A stretch of 64,000 nt of DNA from Lingula anatina (Eukaryota > Animalia > Brachiopoda): positions 23,918,225 to 23,982,224 of the forward strand of contig CM120640.1 in NCBI GenBank assembly GCA_051362555.1, in the 5' to 3' direction. Of this stretch, positions 1-15,625 are shown one piece after another. The stretch's first letter is position 1; every line of letters starts with the position of its first letter. The notes beneath the pieces were generated by a model. That model had not been told where the DNA came from, did not search any database, and was given only the letters and a program-made list of their open reading frames with translations. A program made the translations under genes and the position numbers.

Positions 1-3000
1 CACAGTGGAACTCCAGCATCTTGTAGTTGAACCTATCAGTATGACAGTGTACTATAAGAAGGCTGTTGTGCCTATCAAAGTGGACACCATCAATGAGTTC
101 AGTGGGAAGATGGGAGTGATCAAGGTACACAACTTTATGGTGGGATAATTCACCACAGAAATACAATCCAAATGAAAATTTGTAAAGATAAAATGATAGA
201 CAAATGTAAGACATGAACATGTAGCAGAGATTCAAAGTCATTGAAATTTTTCCTGTGGGAACATTGGGTTATAAGATAAATGTTGAGCTCCAGTGTGATT
301 TACTTAAATCGTTGCATGTACTCACATTTGGACATATGCACCCTTTTCTTTTCTATGATTTTTGCCACTGTAGAAAAAATGGAAGACTTTGTAAGATAGG
401 AGAAAGTTTCCTAATTTCCTCTTGAACTTGATGTTACTATCAACCACAAATCTTTTCAAGGTCAATGTCAGCCAGCAAGACATGAAGCTAGCAATAGGCA
501 TCTTGTACAAAAACATAGGCGAGAAAAAAGTCACCCGTAGTGATGTGGTGGAACCCAAGCCCACATCCCCAGAGCTGGACGTCATTAGTGGGGACACTGT
601 GATGGAGGACGAGGGGCCTGATGTCACAGGGAACAGTGACACTGTGAAGAAAGAGATCAGTGCCAATGTGGTTTTTGAGGGAACGGTGCTGACACTGCTT
701 AATGAGGATGATGAAATGAGTGTAAGTTTTCTTGATAATGAGTTATGTATGTGAATATTACCACATAATGTTTCACTCTGGTTTTTAATAGGTTGGTTTG
801 AGATCTAAGTTGATGTTGTCTGTCTGAGTAAACACTTAAAACATTGCATACCGTAGATTGCTTATCCTTATTTAATAGTAAAATACATTGAGTTGGTATC
901 ATAATATACAAGTGATTTTCATCAGATTGTGTCAAAAATGTTTTGTTTGTTTTAGCATGGCTTACCAACAGGAGGGAATGACTGTAATTCCCTGTCCAGA
1001 TTTGAGGTAGGCAAGTTGAATGGTACAGTGGCCATCTACTCTGACAAAGCCATTGATGTCCAAGTGACACTGCAGGAAGTCTCACTTGATGACACAAGAA
1101 AGGAGAGTAACCTAGCTGTGAAAAGGTAGGGTGTTTTTTATGTACAGACACATCATATCTGTACTTATAGCCATCACCTACATTTGTTGTCGCTGCTGTC
1201 ATTGTCGCTGATGTCACTGTGCACTTTCAGAGATAACACGATAAGTGGAACAAAAAGAAAACTGCACATACATGAAGTATAGATTTCAGTAGTGCATAAA
1301 ATATATTTGTGTTATTAACTTATGGTGTGTGAAGTAGTTGTCTGCATAAATTGTTTTTATTTGTAGGATGTTTTTACCTCTGTGGAAAGTCAAGAAGACT
1401 GTAGAGAATGCCAAAGACAGCACAGTACCCATGGTAGATTTTATATACAAGCAAGATTCCGAGGGCAATCAGCATGGTAAGTGCATTATTATAAGTGCAA
1501 CCGATAAATATAAACAATGCATTGTTGAGGGTGGGGAAAAATGAGATTGCATCTTTCTTTTTCAGTTGAAATGACGGTTGAGAGAATCCGCCTTAACGTC
1601 AGCATGCCCTACTACCTGACTGTGATCAACTTCATCATTGCCGCAATGAAAGTCCAGGAGCCTCAGACAAGGCGGGACTCCAGTCTGGCCAGTAATGACA
1701 GATATAAGCGCAGTATGTCTATATCTGTACCACAGCCACAGGTGTCAGAGACCCAGAGGAAGTCCAAGTTAACAGTCAGGGGGAGGGTGAAAGAGCCGGA
1801 GGTGGTGCTCTTTGCCAGTCCTCAAGATGCCTGCAGCAAAGTGCTGTTCTTAAAGGTATATATATGTATTTTCTGTGGCCTTTAGTTATAAAATTTTTAT
1901 TTGAAACTGCTTGATTTAAAGAGTACTGTTCTCTAATTATGTACTTAATTGTCACTCTAATTGCCCTGTTGAGATGCTCTACATCCTTTGTTTCAGACTG
2001 ACATATCCCTGAATTATGATGCAGATGTTGACCACAATGAAATGTCTGCTGCTGCTTCAAATATACAGATTGTGTGCTGTGTGTATGGACAGAAAAAAGG
2101 GGCCAAGTACAGGGTGAGATTTTTAAATTTTTATTTCTGCACACCTTATTTGTGTATTACATTAAGCTTTACAAGTGCTTCACAATAATGTTCTTTCCAA
2201 GATTGTTTTGTTAAAAATGATATCATGTTGACCTTTTAGAAAACCATAAGATATCATCAGAACATAAAGATTTAAAAAGAGAACTACATGAATTTATATT
2301 AAATTTATAGGTACTTCACCCCTGCAACATGGAGTTTTTGAGGAAGGTTGGGGAAGACGGTGCAGTTGACATGTCTGCCATAATGACCACAGTGGACCTG
2401 CATCTGTGTGCCAGCACTGTGCACATACTACTGGATGTCATTGATATGATAAACAAGGAGAAAAAGGTATGAATTTAAAATGTTTTATATTTATTAGATC
2501 TTAAATATATTTTTCCCTTTTTTGCACAAGTATTGGAAGTGTCAACTTAATGCTAAAATACTTTGTTAAACAAAATTTATTTTATGAAAAACACAATTCC
2601 AGTGCTAAAATGCTAGGGAAAATATTACTCAAAAGGGAACCTATGAATTATAGAGTGAGATAATTAAAAATTTTTTTTGTGGTTTATAGGATGGAGAAAA
2701 CACTGAAGATACCTCCCTCATAGCATCACAGGGAGACATCTGGAGGGTGAAGAGTATTACACAAGATAAGTGGCTACAGGATGAAGGTATGAGTTCAATA
2801 CTACTTGGTAAAACAATGTCAAATCTCACTTGTGTCTCCTTGTATAATAATTTCTTCTCTTTGGGGCACTACCTTCCCTGGTTAAATATTCAATTTTCAA
2901 CAATAGGTTTTAAAAAGTGCAGTGTCTCCTTTTTTATGAGTTGTAAGTCATTGACTTTATTGATTCTGTATTGTGCATCACAACAGTAAGTTGTTCTACT

Positions 3001-6000
3001 CTCCAGAGGTGCAAGGCACGGTATCTTTTCCCATCCCCTCTAAAGCCCCTCCAGTAGAGAGCCTAAAGATTGACATTAAGGACGTGAGAGTGATGTTTGA
3101 GGCAGAGAATCTGGACACACATGTCCCCATGCTGTGTCTGAGAACTAAACTGGAGGCTGAGGTCTTTGACTGGTCTAAGCAGGTTAGTCAAAGGGTAGTG
3201 AGTTGATGGTTCTGTTTTAAATAAGCACTGGTAGAGTTATGGTGTGATTGAGACAAGAAAAACTATGTGGGACCAAAATTTTGCTTGAAAATCTAATATT
3301 GCCCATTTGTGCATAGACAGAGAATAATAAGTAGCCAAGGTGTACATTTTCCAGCAAGGCAGATAACAGTATAAATGGCATCACAAAATAGTAATTGCTC
3401 AGACTGATCTTGTACTAGTACTGCACTAAGTAAATTCAAACACAACGTTCCATTCACATTACAATAAAAAGATTTTAAAAATGTTCTTACATCACTGTAG
3501 CTGCGACTGTCAGCAGAGTGTCACCTAGACATGGCTTACTACAGTGACAAGTTGGACACTTGGGAACCTCTCATTGAACCTGTCATGGAGCAAGAGAATG
3601 TCTACAGGCCTTGGGAAGTCCTCATCAAGGTATATCTCCACTCTCTGTATAGTTTACTTTTATGTCAACCTGTGTATATCTGTGTCTCTGTCTAAATGAT
3701 GTAAATGTATTTGTATTCTTAGTTTATTTTTTTCCAAAAATAGTGTACGATTAGGTAATATTTTATTATGTAGAGCATGGTTTATTTCAGTTTTGTAACA
3801 CTTGGGTGTGGCTGTGAAGTATTGCACTATGAACAATTTTAAGGAACTGTTACAATGTCATACATGTATACGATACACTGGATAGCCTAATTAGGACATT
3901 TTGGCGTGCTTCACGATAATGTCAAAAAACAGTGGATCATGGATCCAAGCTGTAAATTGAGTTTGCCATGCTTCCTGAGATGAAGTCATTATAGCATATA
4001 AGCTGTTTTTGCTGAGCTAATTGCATTTAGTTTGAATTGCTGTTAAAAAACTGATTATTTTATCAGCTTGTAGCAGCCAGAGGTCATCCAATAGCTTGTG
4101 ATGTTGAGGATGAGCTAGAACGATCTTTTATAAATCAGGTACTGGGAGGAGAAACATGTACTAGTAGGCAAGGTTACCGCCAGCTAGGTGCAGATTGAGT
4201 TATATGTGGCTTCCTTCTCTAGTTAACCAAAAAGGTGGCAAAATGCAGTGGGATTACCCTGATGGCTGTTGCCCTATAATCCTGCAAGGCATAAGTACAT
4301 GTAATCCCTGTTTAAATTTGCTAACACTGAAAAAAAAATAGAGAAGAGAAAGAACTGGATATGTCTGCAGCTTTGATCTAACACCAAATGTTCCGACCAG
4401 CCTGCTTTGGGGTCAAATATAATTTCCAAGTAACATTCAACCCCTGGATTCATTTACTGGTGCATTTGTTTATATTTATTTTCTTTAAATTTATGAAATT
4501 GCATTTTTTTATTTTAAGTACAGCTAGTTGTTGTTTTATACTCCTATATTATAGAGTAGTCATTTTATTTTTAGACATTTATGTCATATGTAGTGCACCA
4601 TGAATTTGATGTGTTTCAGCCAGCACATATGCATGTCCTACTACCATAGTTTTACTCTGCTAGTCTGGTGTGTGGTTATGTGTGAACATGTTTGATCATA
4701 TTCATGTCTGTATATAACTGAGCATGACACAACACTAATTTCAGATAAACTACTGGAGGATAATGTGCATGCTACAGTGTCATTAAGGACAAAATTTTCC
4801 ACGCGTTCATTTTTAGTGGATTTGTAATTATAAATGTGATTATCTGAAATCAATATGGCCTATTATACAAATATTGAAGAGAGTTAGTGCTTTTTAATGG
4901 GATTTTAGGCTCAAGTAGTGAGTGATGGGCTCATAAGAAATTTGCCAATAATATCAATTGTCACCAAAAATTTAGTGCCATAGATTTAAAAAAAAATTAA
5001 AAATTTATTGGCTAAGATGCACTTAACAATGGTACATTGATTCTTAATTATTATTATTATTTAGATACATAATTGCTGCTTAACCTATATGCTAACCACA
5101 GAATCAGCCACCTTTCCTGAGATTGGAAGCTTATTACCCTCACAGGATTACCTGCACCTCTTGCTTAATGCTGAGCACATGTACAGTAATAATAATTAAT
5201 CATAAACCAAAAACCATCAAATAAATGCGTTTTTAATAACACTCAGTTCTTTCCTCTTTCTTCCACAGCTGATTAGGGCCAAGTCACACCCTATTTCATG
5301 TAACTATGATGAGAACTCGGCCAACTGGGGGGAGTCTGTGGATGGAGAGATGAGCCACTTGGTATGCAGAAGTAAGCCTGTGTCAGACAGCTCAGAATCC
5401 GAGGAGAATGACACAGAGACAGACATGAGGGTGATACGGCCACGAGTGCCCAGTAGAAGGTCAAGGACAGATAGTGAGAAGGCACAACCAGGTATTGATA
5501 ACTTTTTCAGTAAACTATTTTTTGTAAAAATCAGCTGTGTATATGAAACACTATGTACATTATAAAACAATTGGCATTTTACTGTAAAAATGCACTATCA
5601 AGTTAAACTTATTTTTATCCAAACTGACTACTTTTGGCTGAATGTGCTCGCTACCTCCAAAGATGGATTTCTGTGTGACTGTGCCAGGCAGGATAAGTAA
5701 AAGGAATCTGTTTCTTGTAGCTAGAGCCTTTATTGAAACCAACTGCTAACATTGTATACTGATGAGCATGGTCTGGGCAAGGAGCTCTAACAATATTGTT
5801 AGAACTCCTTGGTTGGGGTTTGAGGTTATTGAGGTGAAGGTTGGCTTAGCACATCATAGGTGTGGGGTGCTAGATGTAGTGTCAGCAGTATAAGATGCCT
5901 GGCTTTTTAAATAGCAAAAAAAAGTCATTGTTAAATATTTTCATTAAACTGCTCTAGGTCAGCTTTTAACTCTTAGTTACCTTTGCTCTCTCTGGTGTTT

Positions 6001-9000
6001 CTAATGCATCAGAAAAACCACCAACCCAAGAAAAGGCCACAAAAGAGAGAGTGAATGGCAGCACAGATACTTCTGAGTCTGACAGCTTCCTGCACACCAT
6101 AGCAGCTAAGCTGGGTGGTATCTTTACCAGCAGTGATAGTGATGCTGATGTCAGTGACATTGAGGAAGAAGAGGAAGATGATGTGTTTGGACCAACCTAC
6201 CACAATCCTGTTTTCATCACCTCCAAAGGCCCTATCTCTTTTAACTCTGGTATTTAGGACTCAGCAGTGTTGTTTGGATGTTAGTTTAGCTATGCTAGTT
6301 TTGTTGTTGTTGATGCATCATCTTCACTGCCTTTTGTTTTCAGATGCCTCAAGAATTATCACATTTTTATAGTTCTGTTTTCTTCTACTGTCACTATTGA
6401 GACTGCATGATAGTTTTTCATGTGATTATTCTTATTATGTGTTCTCTGTTATTTTATTATGCACGTCTTTGTTATTTTATTATGCTTAAAAAGTGACTCT
6501 TACAAATGCAAATTTTATCTGTTATATTTTTATTGTCATTTAGTTACTGTACAGTATTTTTTATTATCATTTATAATTCGCTCATGCTACTACTTGTGAA
6601 GTAAGTCACCTTTTCAGAAAATAATTGTAATATATTTTGCATGCTAGTTTGTTAGTTCAAATTGTGTACACTGATCAAATTTTGAAGTTCATTCAGATAA
6701 AATTACTAAATGATAAAGATAAGAACATCGCTAAATATTGATACCAATAGAAATTCCTACTTCATAAATTAAAATGGATTGAACAACTAGAAATTTTTAA
6801 AGTCATAAAAGTTTGCCAGTCAGCTCTGAAACTTGTATATTTCACTTGTTAAAATATCACCCAGTTTTGTTTCATAATTTAGTGTTTAGTTTTTTGGTTG
6901 CAGTTCAAATTTGCAACTATTTTTACCAATTAATAACTTGATGAAGGAATGAAAATTTGAAAAAAAATGTTGTAGGAACTCATATATATCACTAAGTGTC
7001 CATTGTGTAAGAGAGATGACAAATACTTTTCAGTCTTGCAGTTCTTGGTAATATGTTGAGTAACCTGTGGAATTCATATTTACACATGGAATATTTGTAA
7101 TAAATTTTTATATCATCTAAATACTGCCTTTTTCAGAGAATACCACATTTGATGAGGTAGATTATGCAGGAGGTGGAGAGGAGGAAGAAGAGAACTTGTG
7201 TACATACATGGTCGTCAACTCAAAAGATAAACTTCTGCTCAATCTAACACCAGTTGCTATGAATGTAATCAAGGATGTTGCTGGGGTAATGACGGCTGGT
7301 TTTTATACATTACAGTATTGAGCTCTGTTGATGCTGGGCAATGTTTCTCACTAGTGATATAGTACGTAATTATTCTTTGAAGGTTAGATCTAAACTTTAA
7401 TATAAATTCAAATACAATTTAAACAATAATTAGAATATAAATTAGAAGTTTTAAGTGTTATTTCTAGAAACCCATGCCCATAGCTAGGTTCAGGCTGATA
7501 AAAGACTCCATCTAAAATTATTCCAGATTAAATTTACTAACGTGACTTTGGATAGGTACATGTATCTCCAGTCTCTAACAAGAAGAGTTTTGCAGTCTGT
7601 TTTTTTTTTGTTCTTTGGCTACTGCAACAGTACTTTTCAAAACATTTTCTAGGCATTTATGAAGGAAGAACAAACCTTGTTGAGATCAGCCGAGAAGAAA
7701 CCAAGTTTTGAAGTGTACAACCATCTGGGTCTGCCAGTGGAAGTGACTGTCAGTGAGAAAATCAAGGTACGGGAACAGTTTTGATTAAGTTTATAATTAG
7801 AGCTGAAATTTTTATCTTCTGCTACTAGTAAGACTAGTTAGATTGAAATACTGGTACTGATCAAAAGAACATAATTTGAAAGCAGTTTTAGTTGATGTTT
7901 TGTTTATATACTTATGGAAAGGATTTCAATGTTGTAAGGATTATTTTATTAAATATTGTTTAGTAAAATTTCATTTTGAGCATAACCACTTAACTGGGAA
8001 AATAAACAGTAGCTATGATATATTATTAATTCTAGATTCGCAGCAGTGCAGCTCATGGGTGCTCTGTGAAGACAACAAAAGAAGCAGTAGATGTTGATGA
8101 AAGTGAATGGATAGAGGAACATGAAATGTATGTACTGGCATGTAACAGCCATTTAATTTAATTAAAGCCTTTAAATGTACTTAATTAAGTTGCATATTAA
8201 ACAATTTCACTTTTTCACGTTTGGGCACTTCGTACCTCTCCCTAAAGGCAATTAATTCCCTCAATGTAGTTTCTTCAGCAAGTGACATATACACTGTACT
8301 TTTCATTTTAAGAAGGGACATTGGGCTAGCTACATGTAGGTGCACTGTTGTGTAAGTTTCAATATCGTCCACTTACATGTATCTTCAAAATATGAAAAAA
8401 TCATTTTTGTCTTAGGGACAATGAGGATGATGAAGACTTTGATGATGTTGATGGTCTTAGTTTCCTGGCTAATGCTCTAGCTAAGACAGCCAACATGGCG
8501 GCTGCTGGTGTAACTAGTCGAGGACTGCCACTTATTCCTCAGGGAAGTGAGGAGGATGAGCCTATTTATCTGGAACTGAGCCAGGATGAGCTTCATGTCA
8601 AGGTGACTGCCCACAGATTGTTGTACAGTCTTTCATTAACTTCTAAACAGATGCTCATTCAGGTTAATTTCATTTTTCCAAGAAATTCGAATTAATTCTA
8701 ATAATTACATTAGGGTATTTGTTGTTTTGGTTTAAAAAAATTGAGATTTACAAATGTGCCATTTCATTTTTTCCAGCTGGAGGGGTTTGATAATTTGTAT
8801 AATCTATCTCACAGAAGAGACACCTTGAAACTGCTGAAACTTAAGCCTGCCAAGGTATGTTTATTCACTGAAATTATATATATACATGTATAAAGTATTT
8901 TAATGTATGTGAAAATACACATACTGAAAGTTCCTGTTGCTGTTTTTTTATGAGAATGCATATTTTTGACAAAGCAACTTGAATATAATTGTATTTCTAT

Positions 9001-12000
9001 TAGGTGTACATGGAATTACCAGTTCTTCTTGCTTTCTAGTGCAACACTGTGTACTGTGCAGTCTACAATGTGAATGTCAACTATGGAAGAAAAGAGGTTA
9101 TATTACAATCTCCTCTCAAGGTAGGAACACCTCATTTTGACAATTTGTCAGTGTCAAAATTCCAATTTTTCATTATATACTAACTATTTTGAAGTAAGTT
9201 GCAAGTAATTTTTTATGGACTTATTAAAAAGAATAAATCACTGATTAAAATGTGTTTAATGACAATCGTGTGAAATAGCATTAGGGAAATGTCATGTTCA
9301 TCTGTTTCCTGTTAATCCCTCTCCCCAGCTGTGGAACCACATGTCAGTGGCAGTAGACATCTTGTGCAAGACGGAGGATCTGAAGACACACAGCGTGACT
9401 GGAGTGACACCTAGTGACCAAGAGTATACCAAGCTAGCTGAGGTAGCTCCTGATGCAGAATACTTTGTGCCATTGTATGTTGCATACCACTGTAAACTGG
9501 CTGTACAGCCTACAGCCTCAAAGTAAGTATGGGTATCACATGATAAGTATGGGTATCACATGATAAATTGTGTGTGTTATGATATTTATTTATTTATTTA
9601 TTTAACCAGAAAAGATCAGTTTTCACAAGTTTTCTTACCCTTTGTTGCCGTAAGAAGTATTACAAGTTGTTCATAAAATGTAAGGATGTAATTGAGAATT
9701 AAGTTTTTTTTAAAGCAGGGCAGTGTTGTTTTCAGGTGCTCCAGTTTTTAGATTAATTTCTAGATCCACAAATGGTATATCGATCATCAAATATCTAATT
9801 ATTTTGAAGCTTCCAAAGATCCTACAGTGAGCTGTGGTGGAAAGACTTCACTTCAAATGAGAAAATTGGCACCAAATACCTGTCTTGTTTAGCTAAAGAA
9901 GGGAATGAAGAGGCTTTTTATATTAAGGTATTAATCATCAAATCTAGAAAATTATATAGATTATAACATTTTGTAACATTTATTACATCTTGTTTATATG
10001 AATGTAGATGTAAATGTGTCATATTAGAACAGTACGTGTCATTTTACAAAAATTTGATTTGACATATAAGACTGTATTTAGCAGTGTGCTGTACTGGATG
10101 GAGTAATCATCATGGGGTTTCAGAAGAGGTGTCACCCTGCTGATTTTGTCATTGTAATTGATCTCAGGTCTATCAATTGTCTGGCTTGGTTTTCAGATCA
10201 CCTGCAAGCCCTGTGGTCCTGAGATTCAAGATGAAGCTTTGGTGAACTCTGTGCCTCTGTACACTTTCCATCTTGACTCTCCTCTGGTGATCCACAACTA
10301 CCTGCCATATCAGATGACTTACTCTGTGGGAGAGGTGGGTGAATGCTGCTGGACAGAGGAGTTCAGCATAAATACTAAATTGTATAGTAGATAAATACTG
10401 TATATACTATGTAGCACACGTACATGACTTAACATGAACATGTATAATACATTTTGGTGTGTTTGTATTTTGCTAACAGTCATTTAAAGTAGACTGGAAT
10501 TTAAAAAAAAAATCTTGTGGCCTATTTCATATACCCTGTGTTTTGTTTCAGAGTGAGCAGTTGACCAGTGTGGCCCCAGGGGAGACTCAACCTGTGAACA
10601 CTGTAGATATGCAGGTGACTCACAAGCTCAAGATACAGGTAAGGCATGGAGAGTATCAGATTCTGTGTAACATTTTTGTGCATTAATTAATGTTCAAATA
10701 TCATAATATTATTGATAAACACATTAGCTATGTCTTTAAAAAAATTACTAGGTATGTATTGCTTGTTTATATTTATAATGCTGGGTTTCCATTCCTAATT
10801 AAACATATTATTACTCATTTAATTTCAGCTCCCAGACTATCAGGGTGTAGAGTGGAATGGCAGCTTGAACATATCCAAAGACACTTTCAGCCAATCCAAG
10901 ACTAGCTTGTTAGTTCCCATGGAGACAGATGTGAAAACAGTAGATGCAGAACCCAAGCAGCTTGCTCTCAATGTCTTCACCAACAAAATCAACAACATTG
11001 ATCTGATTGTGCATTCTCCTTACTGGATTATCAACAAGACAGGGTTGCCAGTGCAGTTCAGGGTATATACTTTTATATCTCCTTTGTGGCCAGTAATACA
11101 ATATATGTTGTTTGACAATTGGTCAGTTAAGACTGATTTTAATTATGCCAGCACCAAATGGACTTGAACAGTTTTAAAATCTAACTTTCAAGGAAATCAA
11201 TATATCCAAATGATTGGTAATAGTATTTAACTACTCAGTATATGCTGTGATCAAGATATGTGCACTACTTTATTTCATTAGTAATACATAGTATCTTACC
11301 AGATCGTTAGTATTAAAAAAAACAATATGTGTGTTTGTAATATTTTATATTTTATTAATTTTGGCACTTAATTCATGCATTGTGTAATAGTTTTCATAAA
11401 TAAGATGTTGAGTCTTAAGAAAAATATCTTACAGGGTTCTGGGTCAGATGCAGTGTTTGAGAATGATGTTAGTGCAGATCCCATCCTTTTCTTGTACAAG
11501 AAATACAAGAGACAGAAGGTGAGATCCTTATATAAATTGCATAGAACTTTTCCTAATTTTACTAATTGTATGGGATCAGCAGAATATTACGTGGACATTG
11601 ACATTTTTTTGGCTAATTGATTGTGTTAGTATTTATATGTTACTGTTATAACAGAGTTGTTTGCTGTGTTGCAGGTCCGGATGCGAATTTACAATTCCAA
11701 GTGGTCATCCTCATTTAGTCTGGATACAGTTGGCAGCTGTGGAGTAGTCATTTGTAATGACCCAGAAACAAAGAGAAAATATCAGGTATGAAAACCTACA
11801 AACGACCCCTGATGGTTATACTTATTTTAAAGGTGTTTGCGAGTCCTTATGTGTGTACACGTGCACCCACCCAGCCACACACACGCACGCACTATAAGAA
11901 ATATCACCATGAATTATTGTTAACTGATTTTCACTGTATGTCTTCTGTTGTAGTTTATGCTCCAGATTAGCATGTCACAGTTAAAGTTGACCAAGATTGT

Positions 12001-15000
12001 GACCTTGACCCCATACTTCATGGTGGTGAACAGCACCCAGATGGCGCTGAAGTACAGGGAACAAACCAGCGGAGAAGATGAGTGGATAGAGGCTGCAGCA
12101 GGAGACGTGAGTATTGTTGAAAGATTTGAAGACTATGTTGTAACATAGTCAACAGTTACCCGTAATGATAATTTTAGAAATTGATGACTACTTATACATC
12201 TTTTATGAGAATACTTTGATGAATTTTGATAGAATTTGATACTTTGATAGAATTCTTAGAGATGCCAGAAAAATAAAATTAACAGTTATCATGTATTTGT
12301 CTTCTTTTTTAAGTGCCATGCCTTCTGGCCCAAAACAGACAGTATGAAGCTGACAGTGAAGTACCTTGACAGCAACGTGTCTTCCTTCTACTTCAGTATC
12401 AAGCAGACATGCACAACTGTACTCAGGATGAGCAAAGGGGTAAAGGGAGAGGCTTGGTTCTTTCTTAAATGGAAATATCATATTTCAGATAGGACAAGTA
12501 GACAGTTGTAAAATGAAAAGAAAAACATTCGATATCATATTAAATTGTCAGTGACGTACCAGATGCATTACGTATCTTGTAGCAGTTAAGTTCTGTGAGA
12601 TGTAAGTAGTTGCCTGAATGCTTGTTTTTCTTCCAGACTGCCCTAACAGTGGGGGTATCTGGTGGCACAGAGACCCCCAAAACAGTAACATTCCAGGATT
12701 ACAGACCAGGAGATGCACCAGTCAGAATAGAAAACCTCTGTGAGGATGTCTTCCTCAAGATTCACCAAAAGTAAACCATCTCTCTGTCAATCTGTGGTTG
12801 TGTTTTGTGTTGTGTATTTATATTGTATAATCCCTTTCTTTTTTTATTGTAATTAGTAATACAATCACTTTACTGTACTTATGATTGAAATTAATAAAGT
12901 ACATATACAGTAGTATCCTCACTGCCAGTATGTCAATATGTTGAATGGTTGTCATATGCTACTGTTAAACTATAATATGGTGATGTCATGTATTAATAAA
13001 CATTGTCTTTGTGTATTAAATACAGTAAGAATGTATTTTTAGGGACCAGAGCCAGGTTCTACTGTTGTCTGCCAACCAGTCCATGCTTTACACTTGGGAC
13101 GACCCCACAGCTCCCAGAATTCTTCAGTGGAATCTGTATAATAGGAAGAGGAGTGGATATGAGGCCATAATTACCACAGTATGTAACAGACTCAGATCTT
13201 ACAATATTCACAACAAAGTAAATTTTGTGAAAATTTTTTTCTCAAATTTATTTGACTTCAAAGGTTCAATTAAATAATGACATAGCAATTATGATTAAAG
13301 ATACTTTTCATGCCTTGTAGAAATACACTTGTTAGTTTTCATTTCAACATTTGGTGTTGATGGTATTACCAGGATGGTTATGGAGAGGTCAAACTTGATG
13401 TCCAGACAGTAAGGAACAGCAGTGAGGGACACAATGGGGCTTCTGGAGATGCAGTGGACAGCAGCAGCCCAGAAGGTACAAATAGCTACACCAGGTGTTG
13501 TCTGCTGTAGGAAAACAAACTGAATGTTTTGCTATGGAGAAAAATGAGATAGTGGAATTTTGAAAGATTGTTTAAAAAAATAACTAAATGCTGATTTGAA
13601 ATCAAATAAATATTTCATGTACATGTATAAGAGCAAAAAGATTAATGTATATTCAGTCATATAGAAACATTCTGTATTTAGTTTTAACTAACATTAGTAT
13701 CTATTAAAAGATGTCTAAAGACTCATCAAATTTGCTGTCTTGCAGATGATACCGAGCTGGATGATGTTGATTTCCCCCTTATTCATAGAACACGCACAGA
13801 CAAAGTGGCCATGTTCTGGGTGTCCTACCTGGATGGCCTACAGAGGGTGCTGCTCTTCACTCAGGATGAGAGGATTGCCAAGAAAGCTAGGAAGGTGAGT
13901 TATTCATGGAAAACATAAATTTAGTTTCTTTCCTGAAATGTTAGCATCTATTCCAGCATCCTGATAAATTATGCTTTTTTTGTTACTTAAACTTCAGTTT
14001 CTTTTTTCTTTTTGGTTGTTGATCCTTTTGTCTAGTTTTCAACAGTTCACATATAATTTTCCATTTTATATGTTGTATTAGAGCACTTTCACAGTTTTAC
14101 TTCTTAAATAAACCAGGTTCACAAAATTCTGCGTCCGATTCAGGAGGTAAAAAAAAATATATGCTGTGCTTCGTGCCTTCCCTAATGTCCACCTGTTAAA
14201 TATGTACATACAGTGCAGTGTATTAAAAGTTACTGTCAGAGTTTACCAATATAATTTGCCTCAAAGTCCACAACAATTCCACAGCATGCCAACCCTTTCA
14301 ACTTATTTGTATGTGAAATTTACGTCTATTATCTTTTTTAAACCAAGAGATGCTTACCAGTCAAAAGTTTGTACTTTGTATTTTGCATTTGCCTCAATTT
14401 TGAGAGTTCCAGTGTGTTTGAATGGCCTGGCAACAAACCAGTTTTTATTGCCCTACCAACTAGAATGATGTAAGAAGTTTTTTTTAGAATTTGCCTTCCT
14501 GCCTTGAAACCAAGATAAGCAATTTGCATTAGTGAAAATGTTTGAGCTTTTTGTGTTTCAAAGCCTTTGCTAGTGTGGATTTGTGAAAACAACAATTTTA
14601 ATGTTCTATAAGTTGTAGTCACATTATATCTGTCATTTTATTGACTGTTACATGTTTAATTTAGGATTTTCATATCTGAATTACTCAGTATGAGTTTTGA
14701 AGTGTGAGGATTCTCAACAAAATGAATAAAAAATGGATTTTTTTTATTTTTTACAGGCTAATGAGGCAGAGCAGGCATCATTAGCTTTCTTCTTGTCCTT
14801 AGATGGTGTAGGATTGTCCCTGATAAATAAGTAAGTTTTTTAAAACCTATTTTTCATTTCATCAGTTATCTTAAGGTTTTCTTTTAAAAGACAGAATTGG
14901 CTTTTTCTCAAATATATTTGTTCATCATGTTAAAGTTAATCATACACATAATATAAAAACGCGATTATTTTCTTGTTTTTACAGGCAGTATATGGAGGTT

Positions 15001-15528
15001 GCCTTTGTCAGTCTGTCGTCTGCTCCAACTATTTGGGAGGTGGAGGTGAATGGGAAGTGGAAGGCTCTTAATGTGGAGCTAGCCACATGGTTAGAGGACA
15101 AATATTTCAGTGGAGAAAATACTGTCAGTCTAGAAGACTTTGTGGAGGTACAGCAGGATTATTGCAATATTTAATAGATGATATTTACAGATGAAAATGA
15201 GCTGTTTTTATCATTTTATATCAAGCAGAGAATACTCAATATTAAGCAGTAGGTGGAACTGTCTTTTTGCAATCTTTTTACTTTATGATCTGTGAGGTCA
15301 AGACAGATCATGAACTCATTTCCACTACATCTCAGGTCAAGCAAATGGTGTTGTACATTGCTGTTATTTGATCATTAGGCTGACATTGGAGAGGAGATGA
15401 GTATGAAGAAGCCATATGTTGGCGCCCTGAGAAGGACTTGGAGACCAGCACTGTGGTTCATATACAGACAGTCCCAGCACCACATGCATATACATGCCAA
15501 GATACACAGGGTGCAGGTAATACACTTC

Positions 15529-15625
<97 letters not shown>

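Noticed and set aside
9524-9563. 20-bp tandem duplication at a VPS13 donor
   Set aside because: The second copy lacks the donor G (ataagt instead of gtaagt), so this is a trivial slippage event with no evident consequence.
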